Origin: Alistipes sp.
GTDB lineage: Bacteria > Bacteroidota > Bacteroidia > Bacteroidales > Rikenellaceae
DNA length: 52,981 nt
Assembly (NCBI GenBank): GCA_017521945.1
Contig: JAFXBB010000126.1
Coordinates: 1 to 52,981, forward strand
Direction of reading: 5' to 3'
A program made the translations under genes and the position numbers. The notes under the pieces are model-generated. The model did no database searches. It was not told where the DNA came from and worked only from the letters and a program-made list of their open reading frames with translations. Of this stretch, positions 38,976 to 47,281 are shown in pieces (the stretch's first letter is position 1; every line of letters starts with the position of its first letter).

Positions 38976-39152
38976 GAGACGCAAGAGACAAAAGAGAAGT
39001 CGCGGACAATACACGAGCAACACTCGCGGACAACACTGAGCGACAGGAGTAACCCAAGAGACAAAAGAGAAGTCGCGGACAACGCTGATACTGACATCGC
39101 TAAGCCCCGACCTCGCTCTTGTCTCTTGGGTCTCTTTTGTCTCTTGGGTCTC
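38976..39152. repeat. 9-bp-periodic element with internal 28-bp direct repeat and 18-bp inverted repeat
   Basis: CAAGAGACAAAAGAGAAGTCGCGGACAA at 38982 and 39055; CCCAAGAGACAAAAGAGA / TCTCTTTTGTCTCTTGGG; core CCGACCTCGC + 4 x nnnnGTCTC as at 5544-5589. Confidence 0.8.
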
Positions 39153-39310
39153 TCCTTTCCGCTTTAATCACTTTCAACTTTCATCTTCGCTCTCAAAAAA
39201 TAAAATATGCAATTTGTTTTGAAAATTAATTTTTTTCATTAAATTTGCATTGGGTAAGAGATAAACTTATAAAACAAACCAAAAATATCAATAAACTTAA
39301 ATTAACGATT

Positions 39311-41395
39311 ATGAAAAAGCTATTCTATCTTTTGTTGTGCGTACCTTTGGTATTCGCATCATGTGACAAGCTCTTTCCAGAGGAAAACGAGCCTGCTAAG
39401 AACATGGTTTTGACGCTCACATCAGAGGCTACATTGAACTTTGAGGCTGAGGGTGGTGAGGCTGTTATCACCTTCGACCTAAAGGAGGAGACACGCAGTG
39501 CTGCACCTCTTATGGTTGAGGTTACATGCGAGGCTGATTGGGTTGAGGCTACACTTGTAGAGGCAGAGAACAAGGTCAATGTTGCGGCTAAGGCTAACGA
39601 CGCTGAGACTTCTCGCGAGACTAAGGTTGTGGTAAGCTATGGTACTCAGAAGTTTGAGGTTGCAGTAAATCAGGCTGCAAAGGTTGCCGCACCATCATAC
39701 GCTATGGATGTTAAGTTGGCAGCCGCTGAACGCATCCCAAGTGAGGAGCTCGGCTTGGGCGTTAATGACTATGCTTTGGCGTTCATCGACGATGCTGAGA
39801 ATGTTGAACTTGGTTTCATCCTAACAGGTGATGCTGTTTTGAATGCTGGTGAGTATAAGGCTGAGGAGGCTGAGTTGTACACCTACGAGCCAGAGAAGGA
39901 GTACTCATTCGTTGACGGCGATGTAACTGTAGCTGTTGATGGTGAGAACTACTCTTTCGATATCACCCTAAAGGATGCTGATGAGGCACTCTACCACTTC
40001 ACATACGAGGGTGTGGTTATCGGTATGGAGTATGAGGGTCCACAGGTTGAACCTGAAACATTCACACCTGTAAAGGTTATTGCAGAGTATTGGAATCAGG
40101 GCAACTTCATGCTTAAAATTTATGTTGATGAGACTATCTACCACGAGTTGGATATGTATGACTTCGTAGGTAACAACTCCAACTTCCTTGCAGCAGGTAC
40201 TTACACTTGCGAGAACGAGATGCAGCAAGTTGGCGGATGGTCAGTTTATGGTCTACCTAATGACCAGACATCTCCAATCGTCGAGGCAGAGGTAACCCTT
40301 TCACGCTCTGAGGATGGTCAGACAACTATCGTTGGCTACATCAAGTCTGAGGATGGTCACTTCGCTTCATTTAACTGGACAGGCGTTGTTGAGGGTTTCA
40401 ACCTCGCTGGTGGCACAACTAAGGAGGATATTATATTCGCTGCATCATTCTTCGGTGGTGAGTTCCTCTCAGCCGAGGATGCATATGCTCCTGCAAACAA
40501 CTACTTTTTCGTCTTATCAGATACAGTAGCTGATGGTGGCACTCCTGCTCCTAACTCTACATTCTTCTACTTCGATCTATGGTCTAATGAGACAAACGAC
40601 ACCAACACTGTTCCTAACGGTGTCTACGAGTATGATATGACAGATAGTTGCGAGCATGGCACAGCAGGTGCATTCTATACTTACGGTTTCGTAACAAATG
40701 ATAGTGGTGTTCCTACATGGTATATCTACAATGAGGGTACAGTCACCGTTACCGATGGCAAGATTGAGGCGATATTCATACTTGAGGATGGCAGAACAGC
40801 TACTATAACCTATGAGGGCGACCTATCATTAGGCTCTACAAGTGGCGGCGATAACAACGATCCTAACACATCATATTCAACCCTCACATCTGACATTGAA
40901 TTTAACGAGACTGGATTCAGCTGTGTCAATGAGTACTATGCTGATTGGTACTCATCAGATACTGACAACTGGTGGGTAACACTTTATGAGGATGGCGAAT
41001 CAAAAAGTGGCAAGTATTTCCAGTTAGACCTTCTCGCAGACTTCTATGCAGATAACTGGGGACTTGAGTATAAGCCATGGAGTGTAGGTAACCTTGTAAA
41101 CACCTATATCCCCGGTGATATATCTGATAATGGCTTGACTGGTTGCTGGTATGCAGAGCTGACTAATGGTAATGTCACAGGCCAGATGGCTCCTATCTTC
41201 GATGGTACCATCAATGTTTCATTCAACGATGATGGCTCAAAGACCTTCACATTTGACTGTGTTGACGATGCTGGTCACAAGATTACAGGTACTGTAACAA
41301 CAGCTCCAACCGCTTCTACCCTTTCAGCTAAGGCAAACAGCGGCAAGAAGGTGACTATCACTCTCCCAACCATGAAGAGCCGAGTTATCAGATAA
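39311..41395 (+). CDS. BACON multidomain surface lipoprotein (B-X-Y-Z-C)
   Basis: Start MKKLFY at 39311, FASC lipobox; paralog of 35311 (HELDMYD, WTGVVEGF, TFDCVDDAGHKITG); promoter TTTG 39218 / TAAATTTG 39240-39247. Confidence 0.87.
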   Translation: MKKLFYLLLCVPLVFASCDKLFPEENEPAKNMVLTLTSEATLNFEAEGGEAVITFDLKEETRSAAPLMVEVTCEADWVEATLVEAENKVNVAAKANDAETSRETKVVVSYGTQKFEVAVNQAAKVAAPSYAMDVKLAAAERIPSEELGLGVNDYALAFIDDAENVELGFILTGDAVLNAGEYKAEEAELYTYEPEKEYSFVDGDVTVAVDGENYSFDITLKDADEALYHFTYEGVVIGMEYEGPQVEPETFTPVKVIAEYWNQGNFMLKIYVDETIYHELDMYDFVGNNSNFLAAGTYTCENEMQQVGGWSVYGLPNDQTSPIVEAEVTLSRSEDGQTTIVGYIKSEDGHFASFNWTGVVEGFNLAGGTTKEDIIFAASFFGGEFLSAEDAYAPANNYFFVLSDTVADGGTPAPNSTFFYFDLWSNETNDTNTVPNGVYEYDMTDSCEHGTAGAFYTYGFVTNDSGVPTWYIYNEGTVTVTDGKIEAIFILEDGRTATITYEGDLSLGSTSGGDNNDPNTSYSTLTSDIEFNETGFSCVNEYYADWYSSDTDNWWVTLYEDGESKSGKYFQLDLLADFYADNWGLEYKPWSVGNLVNTYIPGDISDNGLTGCWYAELTNGNVTGQMAPIFDGTINVSFNDDGSKTFTFDCVDDAGHKITGTVTTAPTASTLSAKANSGKKVTITLPTMKSRVIR

Positions 41396-41419
41396 TTAAT
41401 TATTAGGACAAACTATTAT

Positions 41420-41451
41420 GTGGGTGGCTATTTCTCTTTTTAGCCACCCAC
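41420..41451 (+). terminator. REP-like hairpin copy 5, acting as terminator
   Basis: GTGGGTGGCTA...TAGCCACCCAC followed by T-run. Confidence 0.7.
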
Positions 41452-41519
41452 GCTTTTTGTTCTAAGTCCGTGGTTAAGGAGGTTAGGATAAGACAAGATA
41501 CCGAAGGGACCGATTATTA

Positions 41520-41553
41520 GAAGCTGTTTGAATTTTATTTCGAGAGTATTTGA
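41520..41553. mobile_element. terminal remnant of the 192-bp MITE, reverse orientation
   Basis: TTA|GAAGCTGTTTGAATTTTATTTCGAG is the exact reverse complement of the MITE right end. Confidence 0.7.
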
Positions 41554-41565
41554 AAATGGTGATTA

Positions 41566-41675
41566 AGGGGAATTTAGGGAATTTAGGGAACTTAGTGAAT
41601 TTAGGGAATAAACTCTCTAATCTCCCTATACTCCCTATACTCCCTATACTCACTAATCTCCCTAAACTCCATAAA
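41566..41675. repeat. 9-bp-periodic inverted tandem repeat
   Basis: ~5 x TTAGGGAAT-like units then ~7 x ATACTCCCT/AATCTCCCT-like units. Confidence 0.85.
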
Positions 41676-41882
41676 CCACCTCGGCAGTCGTCCCGTGAGT
41701 TTGGGTGGCTCGGGATTTTCAATTTTCTGCTTAAAAGAGTATGCACCGAAGAGAGGCTCTTGTATCCGAGGGCATCGGCTATCTGTTACAGCATTTTTTT
41801 CTGATTATAGCTACGACTTTAACATATTTATTATATATTTGCAAAGTGAGAGTATGGTTCAATATTAAATTTTTAATAAACT

Positions 41883-42860
41883 ATGAAAAAGTTACTTCTA
41901 CTTCTTGCACTTTGTGGTATTGGTTTTGTTGCCTGCAACAAAGATGACCAAGGTGACAAGACTAACAACGAGAATGAGGAGCAGACACCTGTAACAAACT
42001 ACGATAAAGAGTTTCAGGCTAAGCGTTTTGAGGGTATCTATTGGGGTACAGAGTACTCTACAGATTACAACTATTATGTTATTCTCTCAGACATAGGCGT
42101 AGACAAAAAGGCTCAGCCAATGGCTGGAGGCACATATTACATCTTTGACATATACTCAAATATCGCAGCTGAGGAGGAGGGTCTACCTACCCTTCCTAAC
42201 GGAACCTATACATTTGATGCGGAGGATAGCCTTGCTGCTGGAACATTCTCAAACGAGGGTAGCTGGGCTGCAAAGATGGATGCTGAGGGTGGCTACGAGG
42301 CAGTCTACTATATCGAGAGTGGCAGCATCACTGTTCAAGAGAATAAATTCGACGCTGTTATCAAGCTCACAAATGGCGAGGAGCATCATATAACCTACAA
42401 TAGAGAGCTTTATGTAGCTACAGACTATATTCTTTCGACATTTAGCGATGATATAGAGTTCGCTATCGAGGGAGCAACATTCACTATCACCAACCATGGT
42501 ACCGAGAATGATTTTAACAAGTATAACTGGGGCATCGAGGCTGTAAAGGGTGACGACTACTTTGTCTTTGACATCTACAATAGCAGCGCAGACTCCGTAG
42601 CTGGCTTATACACAAACATCGACGCTTCAACCACAGATTACAACAACAAGTTTGTACCGGGCATCTTTACAGATAACCTTATCGGTTGTTGGTATGCAAA
42701 ACTTACGAATGGTACAATCAAGGGTGATAGCTGGGCTCCAATGACAAGTGGTGCAATACAGATTGCTCAGCAGGGCGACGCTATAACCATCACCTTTGGT
42801 TGCATGGATGATGCTGGTAACAATATAGGTGGCAGTGTAGCAGGTACAATTAATCGATAA
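41883..42860 (+). CDS. stalk-less surface lipoprotein (Z-C)
   Basis: FVAC+NKDD; NYYVILSD/FDIYS module; GCWY...WAPMTSG...FGCMDDAGNNIGG; promoter TATATTTG 41834-41841. Confidence 0.85.
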   Translation: MKKLLLLLALCGIGFVACNKDDQGDKTNNENEEQTPVTNYDKEFQAKRFEGIYWGTEYSTDYNYYVILSDIGVDKKAQPMAGGTYYIFDIYSNIAAEEEGLPTLPNGTYTFDAEDSLAAGTFSNEGSWAAKMDAEGGYEAVYYIESGSITVQENKFDAVIKLTNGEEHHITYNRELYVATDYILSTFSDDIEFAIEGATFTITNHGTENDFNKYNWGIEAVKGDDYFVFDIYNSSADSVAGLYTNIDASTTDYNNKFVPGIFTDNLIGCWYAKLTNGTIKGDSWAPMTSGAIQIAQQGDAITITFGCMDDAGNNIGGSVAGTINR

Positions 42861-43023
42861 ATCACACCTTGCTTTTCAAGATAGTTTGCTATATTTGGGG
42901 TCATTAGACACTACAACAAACTTTCTGCAACAAACTACGCTACAAGTGTTGAAAACTTATTGTTTTTTTGTATTTTTGTACTGAAATAGGCATATAATTA
43001 CAAACCATTAAACTAATAGCATT

Positions 43024-44706
43024 ATGAAATTGAGAAATTTATTTTACCTTTTGTTGTGCTTGCCTTTGGCATTCGCATCTTGTACTCCTGAGGAGGATAA
43101 AACTCCTGAGACTCCTGCAATTGAGCTTACAACCGAGGCTCTTGAGTTTGACGCTAAAGGCGGTGTTGGTCTCATCTCATACACACTCAACAGAGTTATC
43201 GAGGGTGCCTCATTGGAGGCTACTTGTGAGGCAGAGTGGGTATCAAGCATCACTGTTGGTGACAATATCACATTCGTGGTAGCATCTAACACAACCACCG
43301 AGCCACGCTCAACTGTGGTAAATGTAACTTATGACACTCTTGCATTTGAGGTTCCTGTATCTCAGCAGGGTAAGGCTGCTTCAACAACTCCTGTATTTGA
43401 GCTTGTTGGTGAGCAGACCTTGACATTTGGTCAGGAGGAGAAGATAGGCAAATTCTCTTATAAGTTGGAGAACCCTGTTGCAGGTGTTAATGTTGAGGCA
43501 ACAACCACTGCAAACTGGATTTCACAGGTTAGTGTGATTGATGAGGAGTCAGAGGTTCGCTTCATTGTAGCTGCTAACACCGGTGCTGCTCGTACAGCTA
43601 CGATTAAGGCTACTTACGGTCTCATCGAGTTCGAGGTAACTATCGAGCAGGCTGAGTATGTTGCTCCAGACCCTGTTATCACATTCGAGGATAGTGAGGT
43701 AACTGTTGAGGCTGAGGGTGGCGTACAGAGCGTTGCATACACTTTGGAGAACCCTGTTGAGGGCGCTGAGCTTGTGGCTACCGCTAATGTAGATTGGATT
43801 AGCGAGGTTGCTGCTCAGGATGGCACTCTCTCATTCACCGTAGCACAGAACGATGGCGAACTTCGTAATGGTAAGATTACTTTGACCTACGAAAATATCA
43901 CTGCCGAGCTTACAGTAATTCAGCTTGTTGCTGGCGCAAACCCAGACCTAACTTATGCAATATATCCTTTGGATTTCCTCAAAGCTCAGGCTCGCACAGC
44001 TAACATTTGGGATATTACAATCTCAGAGACTGATGTCAATCTTGGTAGCAATGTACTCTCTCGCATTACAATTCAGCTCGCCAATGACAACGCAATGCTT
44101 ATCCCTGATGGCACATACTCTGTAGAGAATGGTGGAGTACTTGTTAACAGCTCTACTGATAACTCATATAGCACATATCGTACTACATCAGCAGCTACCG
44201 ACATCACTAATGCAACATTCACCATCGCTAACGATCGTGAGAATGCAACATCTGCAATCAGCTGCTCATTCCAAGTAGGTAATCAGGTGCTTTCATTCGA
44301 GTACACAGGAGCTGTTGAAGGCTTCGTATACGAGGAGCTAAGCGACGAGGGTATCACCGAGTGGAATAGCTTCCGCATCTATAGCCAGTGGGGTTCAAAT
44401 GTGTATACATACCTCCAGGCACAATCTGTTCAGGGTGTAAACTTCGACCTCTATATCACTAACAATGTAGATCCTATTGCAGGTGGCATTGGCGTAGGTA
44501 CTTATGTAGTGGACACTTGGAAATCAACAGAGGATCGTTTCATTGAGGGTGGCGATACTGGTTCTTCAAAGATCAATGGTTCCTATATCCAGACTGGTGG
44601 TACTATGACTGTTGAGAAGGATGGTGATAACTACAATATCACATTCGACTTTGTTGACGCAAACGGCACAGCTTGGAAGGGTACTTATGTAGGTACTCTC
44701 AACTAA
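43024..44706 (+). CDS. BACON x3 surface lipoprotein
   Basis: FASC lipobox, three BACON repeats, two beta-rich modules ending YTGAVEGF and YVGTL; promoter TATTTTTG 42971-42978. Confidence 0.85.
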   Translation: MKLRNLFYLLLCLPLAFASCTPEEDKTPETPAIELTTEALEFDAKGGVGLISYTLNRVIEGASLEATCEAEWVSSITVGDNITFVVASNTTTEPRSTVVNVTYDTLAFEVPVSQQGKAASTTPVFELVGEQTLTFGQEEKIGKFSYKLENPVAGVNVEATTTANWISQVSVIDEESEVRFIVAANTGAARTATIKATYGLIEFEVTIEQAEYVAPDPVITFEDSEVTVEAEGGVQSVAYTLENPVEGAELVATANVDWISEVAAQDGTLSFTVAQNDGELRNGKITLTYENITAELTVIQLVAGANPDLTYAIYPLDFLKAQARTANIWDITISETDVNLGSNVLSRITIQLANDNAMLIPDGTYSVENGGVLVNSSTDNSYSTYRTTSAATDITNATFTIANDRENATSAISCSFQVGNQVLSFEYTGAVEGFVYEELSDEGITEWNSFRIYSQWGSNVYTYLQAQSVQGVNFDLYITNNVDPIAGGIGVGTYVVDTWKSTEDRFIEGGDTGSSKINGSYIQTGGTMTVEKDGDNYNITFDFVDANGTAWKGTYVGTLN

Positions 44707-44724
44707 TTTACAGACCATTTTTCA

Positions 44725-44848
44725 AAGAGAGTGAATAAAAAGTGTATTTTGTCGTTACGCTTGCCCTCAAAATGCTCATTTACGCTCAGTAAACTCCGCT
44801 TATTCGGGCTTCGCAAGCCTAAAACTACATCTTTTTATTCACTCTCTT
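44725..44848. mobile_element. 124-bp element with 18-bp perfect TIR (MITE/REP-like)
   Basis: AAGAGAGTGAATAAAAAG / CTTTTTATTCACTCTCTT; central AAAATGCTCATTTAC-N5-GTAAACTCCGC shared with the 127-bp family. Confidence 0.72.
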
Positions 44849-44856
44849 ATGTTATG

Positions 44857-44896
44857 GGGGCTGGCCAAGTTTCTTTTGAGTCAGCCCCTTTTTTTT
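44857..44896 (+). terminator. REP-like hairpin copy 6, acting as terminator
   Basis: GGGGCTGGC...GTCAGCCCC followed by T8. Confidence 0.72.
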
Positions 44897-44898
44897 AG

Positions 44899-44983
44899 TG
44901 ACAAGAGCGAAGCCGCGGACAACGCTGATACTGACAACGCCAAAAACCCTCCTCTCTGGTTAACCTCCCTAATCTCATTAATC
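44899..44983. repeat. chimeric 9-bp-periodic element remnant
   Basis: CGCGGACAACGCTGATACTGACA identical to 39074-39096, followed by AACCTCCCT AATCTCATT arm like 41611-41675. Confidence 0.65.
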
Positions 44984-45142
44984 GTAAGGTCGAATAAAAG
45001 TTGGTGGTTATTTCCTTTTTAGTCACCCGATATTTTTTTGTGCGCAATAGCCATAATATAGAAAAAAGTAGTATATTTGTATTGTGAAAGACTATGTTTT
45101 TACAGAACAGACTTTCGGAGAATAAACCAACAACCAAATAGT

Positions 45143-46528
45143 ATGAAAAAGCTTCTATTATCACTCTTGGCATTGCCACTACTATTGTTCTCATGCGAGA
45201 AACCTTCAAAGGAGCCTGCACAGGAGGATATCATCACCTTGGAGGTAACATCCGAAAAGCAGCTATCATTCAAGGCTGAAGGTGGCGAGGGTGTCATCAA
45301 CTACACTCTTACAAACGCCACAGACCTCACTCCACTTAAGGTAGAGGCACAGCATACATGGGTAAGCATAACAGAAGTAGCAGAAAGCATCAAGTTTAAT
45401 GTCTGCCCAAACGATGAACTCGCTGAGCGCTCGACAACAATTACTATCTCGTACAACACACTAACACAGAGTGTTACAATAAAGCAGGATGCCGCATCAT
45501 ACTGTTGGGCAATTGTAGGTTCAATGACAAATGATTGGGATGCAAGTTGTGCCATAGAGATGGAGAGCATAGAGGGATACTATGTGGCAAGAGGCATGGA
45601 ACTTAGCACTACCGACTCCTTTAAGTTTATATTAAATGGAGTGATGCAGGGTGCGCTTGGAGGTAATGGTAAAGTCTCGGAGTGCGATTTCAAGTATGAT
45701 GCACAGAAATATGGTAGCGACATTCGCATAAATAAGTCTGGTGTCTACGACATTTATCTCGATGAAACTCTTGATAGCTACTACATTATGAGCGAGGGCA
45801 AAGACCCTAAGTACGCCGAGGAGGCTCTCAAACCGGGCGAGGATGTATGGTATGTGAATATTCTTGGAGAGAATATAAAAATGCGCAACTCAGGAATATT
45901 TGTCGTAGCAACCGATGTAACACTTCCCAACGAGGGTTTTAGGTTGCGCAACAGCCTTACAGGCGAGTATGGAGCAGCTGGCGAGGATATCGCAGAGGTT
46001 GGTGATGAGATTACTATTGTAGGTGGCTCCGAGTATAACATCAAGGTCAATTTTGTAGCCGAAAACAAATACGACATCTACCTCAAAGCCAATGAATACA
46101 AAGTATGGGTATTGCCTAAGGGAGAAGAGCCAATTATTACACATATTGGCACATCTGCCGAGGGAAGTTGGTTCGATTCCAAAAACTTCGTAGTATGTAT
46201 ATATGCTGAAGGATTGAGAGTTACCATCGACTGCGACACTAAAGATAGTGTCACGGATGCCATTATTCCAGAGGCGACATTTTCAGTGGAGGGCATTGAT
46301 GGCTACATCCTCAATAACCAGATCTGCGAGGTTGCCAATAATATTGGCAAGGCAGGCATTGTAAGTGGCTCTGTTTCATTCAAACATACAGACAATGGCT
46401 ATGATATATACCTTGATGTATTATCAGATAGGCAGCAGATAGTCAAGCTTAAGTACACCGGCAAGATTACACCATTTAGTTTAGGAGGTACAAACTCTAT
46501 TGTAAACCCGGGTGAGGATATGGAATAA
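45143..46528 (+). CDS. BACON + SusE/SusF-like domain surface lipoprotein
   Basis: Start MKKLLL at 45143, FSC lipobox; BACON; WAIVGSMTNDW...FKF...GVYDIYLD pattern, repeated degenerately; promoter TATATTTG 45072-45079. Confidence 0.78.
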   Translation: MKKLLLSLLALPLLLFSCEKPSKEPAQEDIITLEVTSEKQLSFKAEGGEGVINYTLTNATDLTPLKVEAQHTWVSITEVAESIKFNVCPNDELAERSTTITISYNTLTQSVTIKQDAASYCWAIVGSMTNDWDASCAIEMESIEGYYVARGMELSTTDSFKFILNGVMQGALGGNGKVSECDFKYDAQKYGSDIRINKSGVYDIYLDETLDSYYIMSEGKDPKYAEEALKPGEDVWYVNILGENIKMRNSGIFVVATDVTLPNEGFRLRNSLTGEYGAAGEDIAEVGDEITIVGGSEYNIKVNFVAENKYDIYLKANEYKVWVLPKGEEPIITHIGTSAEGSWFDSKNFVVCIYAEGLRVTIDCDTKDSVTDAIIPEATFSVEGIDGYILNNQICEVANNIGKAGIVSGSVSFKHTDNGYDIYLDVLSDRQQIVKLKYTGKITPFSLGGTNSIVNPGEDME

Positions 46529-46720
46529 GAAACTGTTTTGAATTTTATTAAATGAGTTTATCCGTTACTGCAAAAGATAGTTTCGGCTTCTTTGAGGCTC
46601 TTTTCGGCAACTTTTCATTTGTGATAATTGGAAATAGTCCACTATTACCTGCATACCCCAAATGAAAATTTACACGAAATTAGCACTCAAATAATCTCGA
46701 AATAAAATTCAAACAGCTTC
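46529..46720. mobile_element. 192-bp MITE-like element, copy 2
   Basis: Same length and TIRs as 4020-4211, flanked by TAA/TAA; the left TAA is the preceding stop codon. Confidence 0.82.
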
Positions 46721-46903
46721 TAAAGGTGGTTCTGGAAATTAGGTTGAGATGATTTTGAAGAGTATTTTTGGAGAAAACTACCAAAATAACCGAAAAAGAG
46801 TAAAACAACCCGTAGCATTATTACAAATTGATAGAACAACCCTCAATTATTTTACCAATCTATAAACATTACTATACTATTATTAACTTAAAAACACAAA
46901 ATT

Positions 46904-47260
46904 ATGGCAAAGAGATTATTCGCTATTTTGGCTGCTTGTGCAGTGCTATTTACAGCATGTGACACCGCTGAGGTTGGTGCATTCCATGTTACACAAACAG
47001 TGTTTGATAATATCTCTCCAGAGGGTTCTTGTCTTCAGGTAAGTTATGTTATTGATACTGCTGTCGAAGGTGCATCTGTTACAGCTTCATCCGAGTGTGA
47101 CTGGTTGCAGGATATTCACTACTACCCAGAGGACTCTTTTGTTCAGGTTTGTCCAGCTTTGAATGAGTCTACAGAGCCTCGTTCAGGCGTTGTAACCTTG
47201 AAGTATGCAGGTGCATCTGTAGATGTTACATTCAATCAGTTGGGTGCATTCGATATGTAA
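46904..47260 (+). CDS. single-BACON small lipoprotein
   Basis: FTAC lipobox; SECDWL...NESTEPRSGVVTL...Q. Confidence 0.8.
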   Translation: MAKRLFAILAACAVLFTACDTAEVGAFHVTQTVFDNISPEGSCLQVSYVIDTAVEGASVTASSECDWLQDIHYYPEDSFVQVCPALNESTEPRSGVVTLKYAGASVDVTFNQLGAFDM

Positions 47261-47281
47261 AACTTTAACCGTTAGAATAAT

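Noticed and set aside
39053-39148. Invertible promoter (phase-variation switch)
   Set aside because: An 18-bp inverted repeat is present, but no TAnnTTTG lies between the arms and the promoter is outside (39240); better explained as a 9-mer fold-back element
41483-41947. Short ORFs with GNL/LPI/PKF repeats
   Set aside because: Translations of 9-mer repeats and a MITE remnant; no protein-like features
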